Assembly: GCA_963818475.1 (NCBI GenBank)
Contig: CAWFSF010000003.1
Location: forward strand, 128,001-192,000
From: Nitrospirota bacterium
GTDB taxonomy: Bacteria; Nitrospirota; UBA9217
Length of the DNA stretch: 64,000 nucleotides
Direction: 5' to 3'
Below are positions 8,630-19,513 of this stretch, in pieces. Below the pieces are notes generated by a model. That model was not told the DNA's origin. It saw only the letters and a program-made list of their open reading frames with translations, and made no database searches. Positions within the stretch are counted from its first letter, which is position 1; every line of letters starts with the position of its first letter. Both the position numbers and the translations under genes were made by a program.

Positions 8630-11600
8630 TTACGGCGTGCTGAAGCTGAAGCTATGCTGGGCGTTCGGGTTGCCGTCTTTGTCTCTGATCGCGTCCGCCG
8701 GGACGGTGACAACATAGGTCTTGGCCGTTTCAAGATTTGCGGCCGGGTCGATGACGATAATGCTGGTGTCAACGATCTCAGCCCATTCCTCTTCGTCAAA
8801 TACCCGGTAGTAATCGATGCCGGCGCTCACGGTATTGCCTGCCTGATCTTTCAGAACGATTCCTGCAAAATTAGGCCCTGCGGACGTCCCTTCAGAAAGA
8901 TTCACGGTAATGGTCGTGTCCACCGCCACGTTGGTCGCGCCGTTTGCAGGAGTGCTGCCGCTTATAACGGGCGGTACGATGTCCAGCGTCCTGAAGCTGA
9001 AGCTGTAGGCGGCCAGGGACACGCCTGCGGCGTTCCTGATGGAATCGGCCGGGATCGTTACGGTGTAGGTCGTGTCGTTCGCAAGGTTCGCCGCCGGGTC
9101 GATCGTGAGCACGTTTCCGTTCAGGCTGATGGAGCTCTCTATGGTTGCTTCGCCGGCCTTGAGCGTGATGCTGCTGAACGCGGGGCCCTGCAACCCGTTT
9201 TCGCTCAGCGTCGCGGTTATCGTCTGGTCCGCCGGGAAACTGATCACCCTGTTAGCGGGATTGGTTGACGTTACCGAATACCGCGTGCTGAAGTGGAAGA
9301 TGATGCGGCTGTTCGGCCTGCCATTCTCATCCCTGACCGCGTCCGCCGGGACGTCTACCGTGTACGTGGTGTCGTAGGCGAGTTCCGAGGCCGGGTCGAT
9401 CGTGAGCACGTTTCCGTTTATGCTGACCGCGCTCTGGACGTTCGCCCCTCCCCCTGCCCTGAGCGTGATGCTGCTGAACGCGGGTCCCTGCACTCCGTTG
9501 CCGATCAGGGTTACAGTGATCGACTGGTCCACCGGCACCCCGGTCGCGCCGTCGGCCGGGCTGGTTGCCGTTACAACGAACGGCGTGCTGAAGCTGAAGC
9601 TGTACTGGCTGTTCGGATTGCCGTCCTTGTCCCTGACCGCATCCGCCGGGACGGCGACAATATAGATCTTGCCCATGTCAAGATTTGCGGCCGGGTCGAT
9701 GACGATAAGGCTGGTGTCAACGATCTCGGCCCATTCCCATTCATCCCAATACCGGGAGTAGTCGATCGCCGCGTTCACGGTATTGCCGGCTTCGTCTTTC
9801 AGGGTGATGCCGGTAAAATTCGGCCCTGCTGCCGTCACTTCGCTCAGATTCACGGTAACGGTCGTATCCACCGGCACGCTGGTTGCGCCGTTTGCCGGAT
9901 TAGAGCCGATTACCACGGGCGCCACGATGTCCACGGTTCGGAAGCTGAAGCTGTACTGGTTCACGGAGACCCCGAAGGCATTCCTGATAGAATCGGCCGG
10001 GATGGTGACCGTGTAGGTGGTGTCGGTGCCGAGGTTCGCAGCCGGGTCTATCGTTAAAACGTTTCCGCTCAGGCTGCGGGCCGCCTCGATGGCTGTTGTT
10101 CCGTCCGTCAGGGTGATGCTGTTGAAATTGGGACCCGCTGCCCCGTCTTCGCTCAGGGTCATGGTGATCGTCTGGCCAACCGGGACCATGGTCGCGTAGT
10201 TCGCGGGACTGGTTGTTGTTACGATGAACGGCGTGCTGAAGCTGAAGGTGTACTGGGCGTTCGCGTTGCCGTCCTTGTCCCGGACCGCGTCCGCGGGGAC
10301 GGTGACAGTATAGGTCTTGCCCATTTCAAGATTCGCGACCGGGTCGATCACGATGATTCTGGTATCGACTCTCTCTTCCCATTCCTCTTCACCTACTTCT
10401 TCCCAGTACCGGTAGTAGTCGATGGCCGCGTTCACCGGATTTCCGGCTGCGTCTTTAAGGGTGATTGCGCCGAAATTGGGCCCTGTTGACGTTTCTTCCG
10501 TAAGATTCACCGTGACGGTCGTGCCCACCGCTACGTTGGTCGCGCCGTTCGCGGGACTGGTGCTGCTTACCGCCGCCGAACTGATGTCCAGGGTCCTGAA
10601 GCTGAAGCTGCAGGCGTTTATTGAAACGCCTCCTGCATTCCTGATCGCGTCGGCCGGGATGTTCACCGTGTAGGTGGTGTCGTTGCCGAGGTTTGCAGCC
10701 GGGTCGATCGTGAGCACGTTTGCGTTCAGGCTGATCGCGCTCTGGACGGTCGTTGCTCCGGCCTTCAACGTTATCGTGCTGAAGTTGGGACCCTGCACCC
10801 CGTCGCCGCTCAAGGTTACGGTGATCGTCTGGCCGACCGGGACCATGGTCGCGTTGTTCGCGGGGCTGGCTTGCCGTTACTATGAACGGCGTGCTGAAGC
10901 TGAAGCTGGACTGGCTGTTGGGATTGCCGTCCTTGTCCCTGACCGCGTCCGCGGGGACGGTGACAGTATAGGTCTTGCCCATTTCAAGATTCGCGACCGG
11001 GTCGATCACGATGATTCTGGTGTCGACTCTCTCTTCCCATTCCTCTTCACCTACTTCGTCCCAGTACCGGTAGTAGTCGATGGCCGCGTTCACCGGATTT
11101 CCGGCTGCGTCCTTAAGGGTGATTGCGCCGAAATTGGGCCCTGTTGACGTTTCTTCCGTAAGATTCATCGTGACGGTCGTGCCCACGGCCACGCTGGTCG
11201 CGCCGTTCGCGGGCATGCTGCCGCTTACTGCAGGCGCTATGATGTCCAGGGTCCTGAAGCCGAAGCTGTAGGCGTTTATTGAAACGCCTCCTGCATTCCT
11301 GATCGCGTCGGCCGGGATGTTCACCGTGTAGGTGGTGTCGTTGCCGAGGTTTGCAGCCGGGTCGATCGTGAGCACGTTTGCGTTCAGGCTGATCGCGCTC
11401 TGGACGGTCGTCGTCCCGGCCTTGAGCGTTATATTGCCGAACGCGGGACCCTGCACCCCGTCGCCGCCCAAGGTTACGGTGATCGTCTGGTCCGACCGGG
11501 ACCATGGTCGCGTTGTTCGCGGGGCTGGTTGCCGTTACTATGAACGGCGTGCTGAAGCTGAAGGTGTACTGGGCGTTCGCGTTGCCGTCCTTGTCCCTGA

Positions 11601-14600
11601 CCGCGTCCGCGGGGACGGTGACAGTATAGGTCTTGCCCATTTCAAGATTCGCGACCGGGTCGATCACGATGATTCTGGTGTCGACTCTCTCTTCCCATTC
11701 CTCTTCACCTACTTCTTCCCAGTACCGGTAGTAGTCGATGGCCGCGTTCACCGGATTCCCGGCTGCGTCTTTAAGGGTGATTGCGCCGAAATTGGGCCCT
11801 GTTGACGTTTCTTCCGTAAGATTCATCGTGACGGTCGTGCCCACGGCCACGTTGGTCGCGCCGTTCGCGGGCATGCTGCCGCTTACTGCAGGCGCTATGA
11901 TGTCCAGGGTCCTGAAGCCGAAGCTGTGCGGGTTCACGGACACGCCGCCGCTGTGCGGGTTCACGGACAAGCCGCCGGCATTCAAGATGGAATCAGCCGG
12001 GATGGTCACCGTATACGAGGTGTCGCTGGCGAGATTCGCGGCCGGGTCGATCGTTAAAACATTTCCATTCAGGCTGACCGTGCTCTGGATCGTCGTCGCT
12101 CCGGCCTTAAGCGTGATATTGCCGAACGCGGGGCCCTGCACTCCGTCCTCGCTTAACGTAACAATAATTGTTTTATCCGCCGGGACTTTGGTCGCGTTAT
12201 TGGCCGGGTCAGTGGAAATTACGGCAAAGGGCGTTCGGAAGCTGAAGACATAAACCTTATTGGCCAGACCTCCCGCATCCCTGACCGCGTCCGCCGGAAT
12301 GGTTGCGATATAGGCTTTGCCCATTTGAAGGTCCGCGGCCGGGTCGATTACGATAACGCTGGTATCATAGAACCATTCCTCGTACTCGTCGTCCCAGTAC
12401 CTGGCGTAGTTGATGGCTGCACTTGCCGTATTGCCGGCTGCATCTTTCAAAACGATGGCGGTGAAGTTAGGCCCTGCTACCGTATTTTCTGTAAGATTAA
12501 CCGTGATGGTCGTGGCCACCGGCACGTTCATCGCGTTGTTTGCGGGATTGGTGCTGCTCACCGCGGGCGGGACGATATCCGCGGTCGCGAAGCTGAAAAC
12601 GTGCCCGGATTGCAGCATATTGCCCATCATGTCTTTTATCGAGTCCGCGGGGATGGTTACGGTATAGCCGGTTTCGCCGTTCAGGCTTGAGACCGGATCA
12701 ATATTCAGGACGTTTCCGTTTATGCTCAATGCTGCCTCGACGGCTGTTGACCCAGTCTGCAGGGTAATAAGACTGAAGTTTGTCGCCTCCTGTATACTCT
12801 CGCTGAATGTTACCGCCAGGGTCTTTGTAACCGGCACGTTTATCGCGCCGTTTAACGGATCGCTGCCTGCCACCGTCGGCGGAAAAGCATCCGGCAATGT
12901 GCTGAAACCGAATGTATAGGCTGCAAGGGCGTTGCCCGCCGGATCGGTTATTGCGCCCTCGGGGATGGTAATGGTGTATGCGGTATTGTTGCCCAGATTT
13001 GAAACCGGATCGATGATTAAAACAGCTCCGTTTATGCTTATCGTTGACTGCACAACCGACGTGCCGACCTTTAAAGCTATCTGGCTGAAATTGCTTCCCT
13101 TGACCACGTTCTCGCTGATCGTGACCGTGACGGTTTGAGTTGCGAGTATGGTTTCAGATCCGTCAACCGGATCGGTGCCTGTCACGACCGGAACTATGGT
13201 GTCCGGCGTTTTAAAGCTGAAGGTATATGATGCCAGGGGTGTTCCGTCCATCTTCTGTACGCCGTCTGCCGGGATGGTTACGGTATAAGCCTTGTTCAGC
13301 TCAAGATCAGCCACGGGGTCTATGGTCAGGACGCTGCCGCTTACTTGTGAAACGATTGCAACCGTTGTTTCCCCGGTCTTCAAGGTGATAGCGCCGAACC
13401 CGGTCCCCGCCTGCACCTCCATGTTGTATGTTACGGTTATAGTCTTATCGACCGGAACTTCGATTGCTCCATTCGCCGGGTCGGTGGACCGCACGTCCAG
13501 CTTCATCAAAGCGGCGCCGGCCTTGGCCATGCCGCCCGAAACTGTTTTTCCCTGAAGTGACGCCAAAGGCGCCGCTGATTCCATGATCAGATCGCGGACG
13601 TCTTCGGCGGTTCTGGAAGGGGCCCGGCTCAGGATCAGCGCCGCAATGCCCGCCACATGCGGAGTTGCCATGGAGGTTCCGCTTAGATATCCGTATGCAT
13701 TTCCGGGCATGCTGCTCAGAACATCCAGTCCCGGCGCGCCGACATCCACGGTAGTTGCGCCGTAGTTGGAGAAGTAGGCCAATCCTCCCTGGTTATTAAT
13801 CGCGGCAACGGAGATTATATTGCTGCAGTCATACGCCGCGGGATACATGGGAGATACATCGGCATTCAGGCTGCTGTTGCCGGCCGCTGCCACAAAGACG
13901 CCGCCCCAATTCACGATCGCATCGTGTAAAGCCTGGGAATAGCCGCCTCCGCCCCACGAGTTGTTGGTGATCCTTACTCCCATTAATGCGGCATAGCCTA
14001 CCGCGTCGATAGCATCGTCGATCGTGCCATACCCGCCCGCGCCCAAAAATTGTATGGCCATTATTTTCACGTGGGGCGCGACTCCCGCGACGCCGATGCC
14101 GTTGTTCGCAATACCGGCGATCGTACCCGCGACGTGAGTGGCATGGAAATGGTCGCCGGCTTCAAATACGCTGGCATGGTCGTTGGCGAAATCCCAGCCG
14201 TGCACGTCGTCTATAAAACCGTTGCTGTCGTTGTCGATGCCGTCCCCCGCGATTTCTCCCGGGTTGGTCCAGATGTTATCGGCCAGATCGGGATGGCTGA
14301 TATCCAGACCCGTATCGATGATCCCGACAACGACCTCCGGCGACCCCTGTTCATTGTCCCATGCTTCGGGACCGTCGATATCGACATCCGCGACTCCCGC
14401 GGCGCCCTGTATGACCTGGCCGGTGTTATGGATGCCCCATAACTCGTTGAGTCTTGGATCGTTAACATCGGCCTGGACCCGTACAATGTAGTTCGGCTCG
14501 GCGTAGAGGACGTTTGAATTCTTTTTCAGCTTCAGGATGACATCTTTGACATTATCTTTATCCTTATTCTTTATTTTGACCAGTTCGCTTCCGGTCAAGG

Positions 14601-14838
14601 TATGCTTCTTTACCGTGCGTATGCCAACCTTGTCCTTTAATGCCTGCTTTTCAGCCTCATCCATCTCCGGCTTGAACTTGACTATGACCTCGTCCTGCAC
14701 GTATTCGATCTGGTCTTCAGCCAATATCTTATCATCCCCGTCCTTCATGACAGCGAGGCCCGGTGAACCGGTGATCAGGATGACAGCAAGGGCAAGCAGA
14801 ATCCATGAAGCAATCGATCCGTTCTTATTTTCTTTCAT
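8630..14838 (-). CDS. Secreted S8 subtilase with about 15 tandem SbsA/Big_5-type Ig-like domains (~2070 aa), split by frameshifts near 11490 and 10870
   Basis: Signal peptide and prodomain (YAEPNY). Catalytic motifs IDTG, HATHVAG and GTSMATPH. ORFs 11113..14898, 10455..11471 and 8630..10846 continue one repeat array. Confidence 0.9.
10200..11930 (-). repeat. Near-identical ~660-bp tandem duplications, each encoding two Ig-like domains
   Basis: The same DNA recurs with ~660-nt period, e.g. CTCTCTTCCCATTCCTCTTCACCTACTT near 10371, 11029 and 11689. Confidence 0.85.
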
Positions 14839-15362
14839 TGTCGCCTCCGTATCAGCACTGTTCAAGAATAAAAATAATTTTGACTTGGTGACGCGCAAGT
14901 TGCAAAGGATGGGAGGATCCAGGATGAGTTAGACTGATACTTTTGTCGTCATGTGGAAAATATCAGGGTTTTTTTAGCATGTCAAGCATTAACTATGCAA
15001 TTACGAAACAGTGTGCAACAATCTGAAAATGACCGCAATATAGAGTTAATCAGGAAAGAAATTTCATTAGGCGGGAAATAAAAATGGCTCAGCGGGGAAG
15101 CAGCAAAGAGCTTACACATGCTTTTTTATTTAGTGCGAGAACGTTTGCCCAATGTGCGATCATCCGAATTTGTGCAGTATGAAATTCCATACATTGCCGT
15201 AACCGTCTGTTTGTATGTTCTAAATATTTATTTTAGTCACTAAGACCAAAGTGTTACTGCAGTGAAATCCATACAGTCTTATTCGGTCATGAACTGCCCT
15301 CTAGAAACGGGAAAATAAAAATTACCCATAAAAACAGGAGAGTATCGCAAGTACGCAACTTA

Positions 15363-15378
15363 TGGCATTTCACTTGCT
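15363..15378 (+). promoter_or_regulatory. Putative sigma-54 (-24/-12) promoter
   Basis: TGGCATTTCACTTGCT matches GG-N10-GC spacing and points at ORF 15690. Confidence 0.55.
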
Positions 15379-15517
15379 ATGTGCTACGAAAGTATTGCGC
15401 GACAGATGCAATTTATGAGCTTCCTGACCTGAGCATGGGGGATCCCACATTTTTCAAGGCTATTTCGTATAAAAGTAGATGAAACGGATTTAGCTTCAGA
15501 AACAAGAAGAACCTTTC

Positions 15518-15654
15518 AGGAGAAAGGGAGACGAGAGGTGAAATGGAGATTAACTGCTTTTAATAATCCGGTTACCCCCTTTTTCCCAGCTTCCCCCTTT
15601 CTCCTCCAGAGAGGTTGTTGATCTTGGATTTCGGTTTTACGAACTTTTCAACTT
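15518..15654 (-). repeat. ~135-bp intergenic element, family D, copy 1
   Basis: Its reverse complement aligns with 60478..60611 (AAGTTGAAAAGTTC..CCGAAATC.AAGATCAA.AACCTCT..GGAGGAGAAAGGGGGAAG). Confidence 0.75.
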
Positions 15655-15689
15655 AAATTTAATACGAATGAACCTTTTTGACGAAGGAG

Positions 15690-16679
15690 ATGAAAGTGAA
15701 AAAGTTTTTCGCCCTATCAGTGTTCGTTCTCATGTTGCTGTCTTCCTTTACCTCATCGATCCATGCAAAGCAACCGGCCGCGGAAGCTCAGCAGAAGATC
15801 GACCTTGCGATGACCTTGAAATTCGTTCAGGGCTGGTCCGCGGCAAACAAATTCCCCGAGTCCCCTTCGTCTGCCTACTATACCGTCTATTCCCTGAAAG
15901 CCCTGAACGGTGAGATCAGCCCGGCACTCAGGCAGAAGATCGTCGATGCGATAAAGAATTGCCAGATGAAAGACGGCGGTTTTTCCGCGGGGCCGGGCGA
16001 TGAAACGGGATCAAATACGATATTCACCTATTACTCGCTGGCGGCCCTTGATCTTCTCAAAGCACTGGATGCAATAGACCGGCAGCAGGCCGTCGCGTAT
16101 GTCAGCTCGCTGGTCCAGACAAACGGCAGCATCAAGGCGAAGGCCGCGGACACCGGAGCGACCCTGGCCACGACCTATTACGGGGTCGCTTCGCTCGGGC
16201 TTCTCCATGCCCTCGACACGGTGGACGGAAAAAGCGTCATTGTCTACATCAATACCTACCGGGACGAGCGCAAGGGATATTGCCTTATCCCCGGCAAGAT
16301 CTCCATGACCGGGCCGACGTTTATGGCAGTAAAGTCCCTTTCCCTTCTCAACGGGTTGACCCCTTCCATCCGGAAAGAGGTCGTGAACTATCTGAAGGGG
16401 TCCCGCTACTCCGGGCGCATGAAACAGAACACGTATTCAACTCCGCCGGGCATTCAGGACTTGGCTGCGGTGATCGATACTCTCGCGGAGCTTTCATCGC
16501 TGAACGTCATCGATAAATACAGTGTATACAAACTCATTGAATCACTTTATATCCCGAAGAACGGCGGATTCGGCCCTGAGCCGGGCCTCGGCTCGACTCA
16601 GTCGAGCACCTATCAGGCAATTAACTGCCTGGCAAAGATCGGGAAACTTGATGCCTTGTACGCGCCGCTCAGGAAGTGA
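15690..16679 (+). CDS. Secreted prenyltransferase/squalene-oxidase repeat (alpha/alpha-barrel) protein
   Basis: Signal peptide, then repeats CQMKDGGF...TYYSLAALDLL and NGGFGPEPG...STYQAI. Confidence 0.7.
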   Translation: MKVKKFFALSVFVLMLLSSFTSSIHAKQPAAEAQQKIDLAMTLKFVQGWSAANKFPESPSSAYYTVYSLKALNGEISPALRQKIVDAIKNCQMKDGGFSAGPGDETGSNTIFTYYSLAALDLLKALDAIDRQQAVAYVSSLVQTNGSIKAKAADTGATLATTYYGVASLGLLHALDTVDGKSVIVYINTYRDERKGYCLIPGKISMTGPTFMAVKSLSLLNGLTPSIRKEVVNYLKGSRYSGRMKQNTYSTPPGIQDLAAVIDTLAELSSLNVIDKYSVYKLIESLYIPKNGGFGPEPGLGSTQSSTYQAINCLAKIGKLDALYAPLRK

Positions 16680-16723
16680 AAGTTTGGGAGTCAATTCATA
16701 TTACGTAAGGAGGAACAAGGTTA

Positions 16724-16848
16724 CTAATGCAAACGCATTTAGATTCGTTACTGATTTGCCCCTCACCTTTGTCCTCTCCCCAGCGGGGAGAGGGTAGGGC
16801 GAGGGGGGACTTTCCTGGATGTAACAATATTTAATGCGTTTGTATTAG
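16724..16848 (+). mobile_element. 125-bp MITE-like element with terminal inverted repeats, copy 1
   Basis: TIRs CTAATGCAAACGCATT / AATGCGTTTGTATTAG and an internal hairpin CCTCTCCCC-AGC-GGGGAGAGG. Near-identical inverted copy at 32317..32441. Confidence 0.85.
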
Positions 16849-16891
16849 AACCTATCTCAAAATCAGTTTTTTGCTTTCGTCCGTCTTTTTG

Positions 16892-17038
16892 CGTCATTCC
16901 CGTGTAAACGGGAATCCAGTGTTTTCAGCCTTGTCTGGTAAAGCATCAATATCTTACCTCATGCCGTCATTCCGGGCTTGACCCGGAATCCAGTTTTTTT
17001 TCGCGAATCTCTGGATTCCCGCTTTCGCGGGAATGACA
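16892..17038. repeat. Cluster of GTCATTCC...GGAATCCAG palindromic REP/RPE-like units
   Basis: Units at 16892..16919 and 16965..17038, the latter an opposed pair. Confidence 0.8.
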
Positions 17039-17057
17039 GACACTGAGTAGGACAGCA

Positions 17058-17090
17058 GAAAAAGCAAAAGCCCCTGATTTCAGGGGCTTT
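17058..17090 (-). terminator. Rho-independent terminator after the Fic remnant
   Basis: On the minus strand, AAAGCCCCTGAAATCAGGGGCTTTT followed by GCTTTTT. Confidence 0.7.
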
Positions 17091-17132
17091 CGCACGGACG
17101 TTGATGGGGTAAGGGAGATGTGACTTACTCAC

Positions 17133-17592
17133 TTATTTGAACAATTTCAAATAGGCTGAAAATACGTATTGCTTTCCCCTTTTACCACCGGTGATTTCCT
17201 TCAATATTCCGAACCGATCCAGATCAGCAATCAGTTTATATGCAGATGCCGGCGATATTCCCGTCACTTCTCCAACCTTGGCAGCATCGATCATTGGACG
17301 TTGATAGAGGTAATGAACAACCTTCTGTGCATTTGCCGTTCTGCTTCCAAGCGTCTGGATCTGGGTTTCCACCTTCTTTTGCAGCTTGAGAATGTTGTCA
17401 AACGTCGCAATGCTGCTTTTCGCGGTTTCGATTATTCCTATGAGGAAAAACTTGAACCATTGAAAAAGGTCGTTCTTTTCCCTCGCACGCATGAGATTAT
17501 CGTAATACACCGTTCGATTACGCTCGAGCTGTTTTAGTATTCCTCTGTTGACAAGGTAAAGGGTGATCAGTAACCGCCCCACGCGGCCATTG
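17133..17592 (-). pseudogene. C-terminal fragment of a Fic-family protein with C-terminal HTH
   Basis: Begins at NGRVGRLLITLYL, the tail of the HPFxDGNGRxxR motif. The catalytic His and the N-terminus are missing. Confidence 0.8.
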
Positions 17593-17677
17593 CGCGCTAT
17601 TTTAGTTTTCGTGTAAAATCTAAAATAAGCATCGTAGTTATTTTAGCCTGACGAGGTCGTTTTCTTTTGCACCCCTC

Positions 17678-18606
17678 AGTGTCAGGCCTATAATGTTTAT
17701 ATTTCTATTTTTTCATAAGCTGACTGACGTACGTAAAGTGCATCCCCAGGTGATCAGCTATCGCCCGCTGGGTATATCCGTATTTCTCAACAGCCTCCGC
17801 AATCTTCCGGCTGCGCTTTTGCTTGTCTTTCAGTACAGCCAGCGAAAAGATTTTTGCGAGTTCAGGCCTATGCGCATATCGCTGGCTTCTTGGTATTTCC
17901 GGGACATCCTTGTGTTTTCTCAGATGATCGAGAAGCTTATCGGCAAATTCCTCTTCCCCGAGAATGATCTGACCTCTGACTTCAGTCCAGATCGTCTGTT
18001 TTCCAATTCCCCAATGGACAAACTGTTTATATTCTTTCTCAGCCTTGCCCCTCTTTCCACTGAACTGACCGAGTACCCAGTCGGTCGTAAGGCAGGGATG
18101 CGCTCCTTCCCTTCCAACTGTAGCCCGGTAGCTGCTCCACTTCCATGCTTCGGGAGCATCCACCATCTTTGCCCTTACCGGATTGAGGACGACATATCGG
18201 CAAACCTCCAGAAGATGGCTGTCTTTCTGGATAAGGATGGATTTGTATCTTCCCTGAAAGAGATGGCCGGCACGTCCATGAAGCTTATTGAAGAGCTGAG
18301 TATACACGCCGTTCAACTGCCGCATGCCGATTGCAAGGTTTCCGTCCGGCGTCTCGACCAGAAGATGGTAATGGTTGTCCATGAGGCAACAGGCGTGGCA
18401 GATCCAGTTGTAGCGTTTTTTGACATGCTGAAGGGTATTGAGGAAGTTGATGCGGTCCTGGTCGCTTTTAAAAACGGGCTTTCGCTCGTTTCCACGAGAA
18501 GTAATATGGTAGACAGCACCTGCATACTCTATTCGCAAAGGTCGAGCCATTGGCCCAGAGGATATCAGAAGAAAAGATAAAAGTCAAACATTATAGACCT
18601 GACCCT
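17678..18606. mobile_element. RAYT element bounded by imperfect 27-bp inverted flanks (17678..17704 and 18580..18606)
   Basis: AGTGTCAGGCCTATAATGTTTATATTT versus the reverse complement of the right flank, AGGGTCAGGTCTATAATGTTTGACTTT. Confidence 0.75.
17705..18550 (-). CDS. REP-associated tyrosine transposase (IS200/Y1 HUH family) with C-terminal HTH
   Basis: MARPLRIEYAGAVYHITSRGN, HUH motif NHYHL, catalytic RYVVLNPVRA, WSSY, and C-terminal GYTQRAIADHLGMHFTYVS. Confidence 0.92.
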   Translation of the reverse strand: MARPLRIEYAGAVYHITSRGNERKPVFKSDQDRINFLNTLQHVKKRYNWICHACCLMDNHYHLLVETPDGNLAIGMRQLNGVYTQLFNKLHGRAGHLFQGRYKSILIQKDSHLLEVCRYVVLNPVRAKMVDAPEAWKWSSYRATVGREGAHPCLTTDWVLGQFSGKRGKAEKEYKQFVHWGIGKQTIWTEVRGQIILGEEEFADKLLDHLRKHKDVPEIPRSQRYAHRPELAKIFSLAVLKDKQKRSRKIAEAVEKYGYTQRAIADHLGMHFTYVSQLMKK

Positions 18607-18662
18607 ATGAGTTGTTCGGTTTTCTACTTGCGTCTTTTACTTGCTATCTTTCTGGCAGCTCA

Positions 18663-19424
18663 CTACATGACAGTTTTGCGTAGATAACCCAACCAGTCCA
18701 GTGTCCTTGCATATTTCTCCTGGGATAGTGGGTCTGGAGCGGCTAACTTCATGATCCCAAGTTGATGAGCTAGATTTGAGTGTGATAGGGTATACATCCC
18801 CCAGTTACGAACGTTGGGATTCACCGGCACAACAACATAACCATCAAAGTTACCATTGTCATAAGTTGATGTTTTATGAAAAGGTATTTCTCGGTAGGGC
18901 TGTAGATGCATCGCAAAAGAATAATCTTTAGCCCATTCAATGCCACTTTCACTGGCCTTGGGCTTAGTTATTTTGCAGCGATTATCCAGATGCTCAAAAT
19001 GAGCCACAACTGAAGGTGTCAGAATGGTACCTATCCAATTCTGAGAGTGTTGATAATGATTGGCCTCTACAATCGGTCGTCCTGCCAAAATAACACCCTG
19101 TCGCGTATTTGGTGAACGCATAAATGTACCGTACGCGATTGCCCCACGAACAGCGATGCGTTGCTGAGAAAGTTGATATGACAGATGTGAGCAGGTGCGA
19201 ATGATGTTTGCAAAGCTTTCATCAGTTTCATCAATTGTATTAATAACGAGATTATCTGAAAAAAGTACGAATTGCAGTGATGGATTGGCACTGTCAAGTA
19301 TGGAAATGACTGACTCGATGTATTTTTGCACTTGGTCGAGCCCATCATCCTTGCCCACAAGCTCGCGAAAACCCAGAACGTCTATTAACGCAACGAATCC
19401 TGTAATCCTTTTCACATCATCCAC
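18663..19424 (-). CDS. Hypothetical protein with a class III nucleotidyl-cyclase-like fold
   Basis: FVALIDVLGF, FSDNL, VRGAIAYG and GRPIVEA follow the order of cyclase motifs. Confidence 0.55.
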   Translation of the reverse strand: MDDVKRITGFVALIDVLGFRELVGKDDGLDQVQKYIESVISILDSANPSLQFVLFSDNLVINTIDETDESFANIIRTCSHLSYQLSQQRIAVRGAIAYGTFMRSPNTRQGVILAGRPIVEANHYQHSQNWIGTILTPSVVAHFEHLDNRCKITKPKASESGIEWAKDYSFAMHLQPYREIPFHKTSTYDNGNFDGYVVVPVNPNVRNWGMYTLSHSNLAHQLGIMKLAAPDPLSQEKYARTLDWLGYLRKTVM

Positions 19425-19513
19425 GGCAAAGATTCCTCCAGATATTTGTCCGGTAGAGAACCGGAGAATAGTTTAGTCCTCGCCCTACATAAAGACTTGG
19501 GCTGCGGGACGGT

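Noticed and set aside
8630-12600. Diversity-generating retroelement acting on the variable Ig loops
   Set aside because: No reverse transcriptase or non-coding template repeat. Differences include indels and are not adenine-specific.
15130-15210. Possible c-di-GMP-I riboswitch (GGGCAAAC on the minus strand) upstream of the protease
   Set aside because: The GNRA-capped P2 stem and downstream GCAAAG/P3 elements are not present.
17091-17132. attL/attR copy of the tmRNA 3' end marking the island boundary
   Set aside because: No match to TGGTGGAGGCGGCGGG. The nearby hairpin is explained as a terminator.
17693-18580. 295-aa plus-strand ORF
   Set aside because: Antisense shadow of the RAYT gene.
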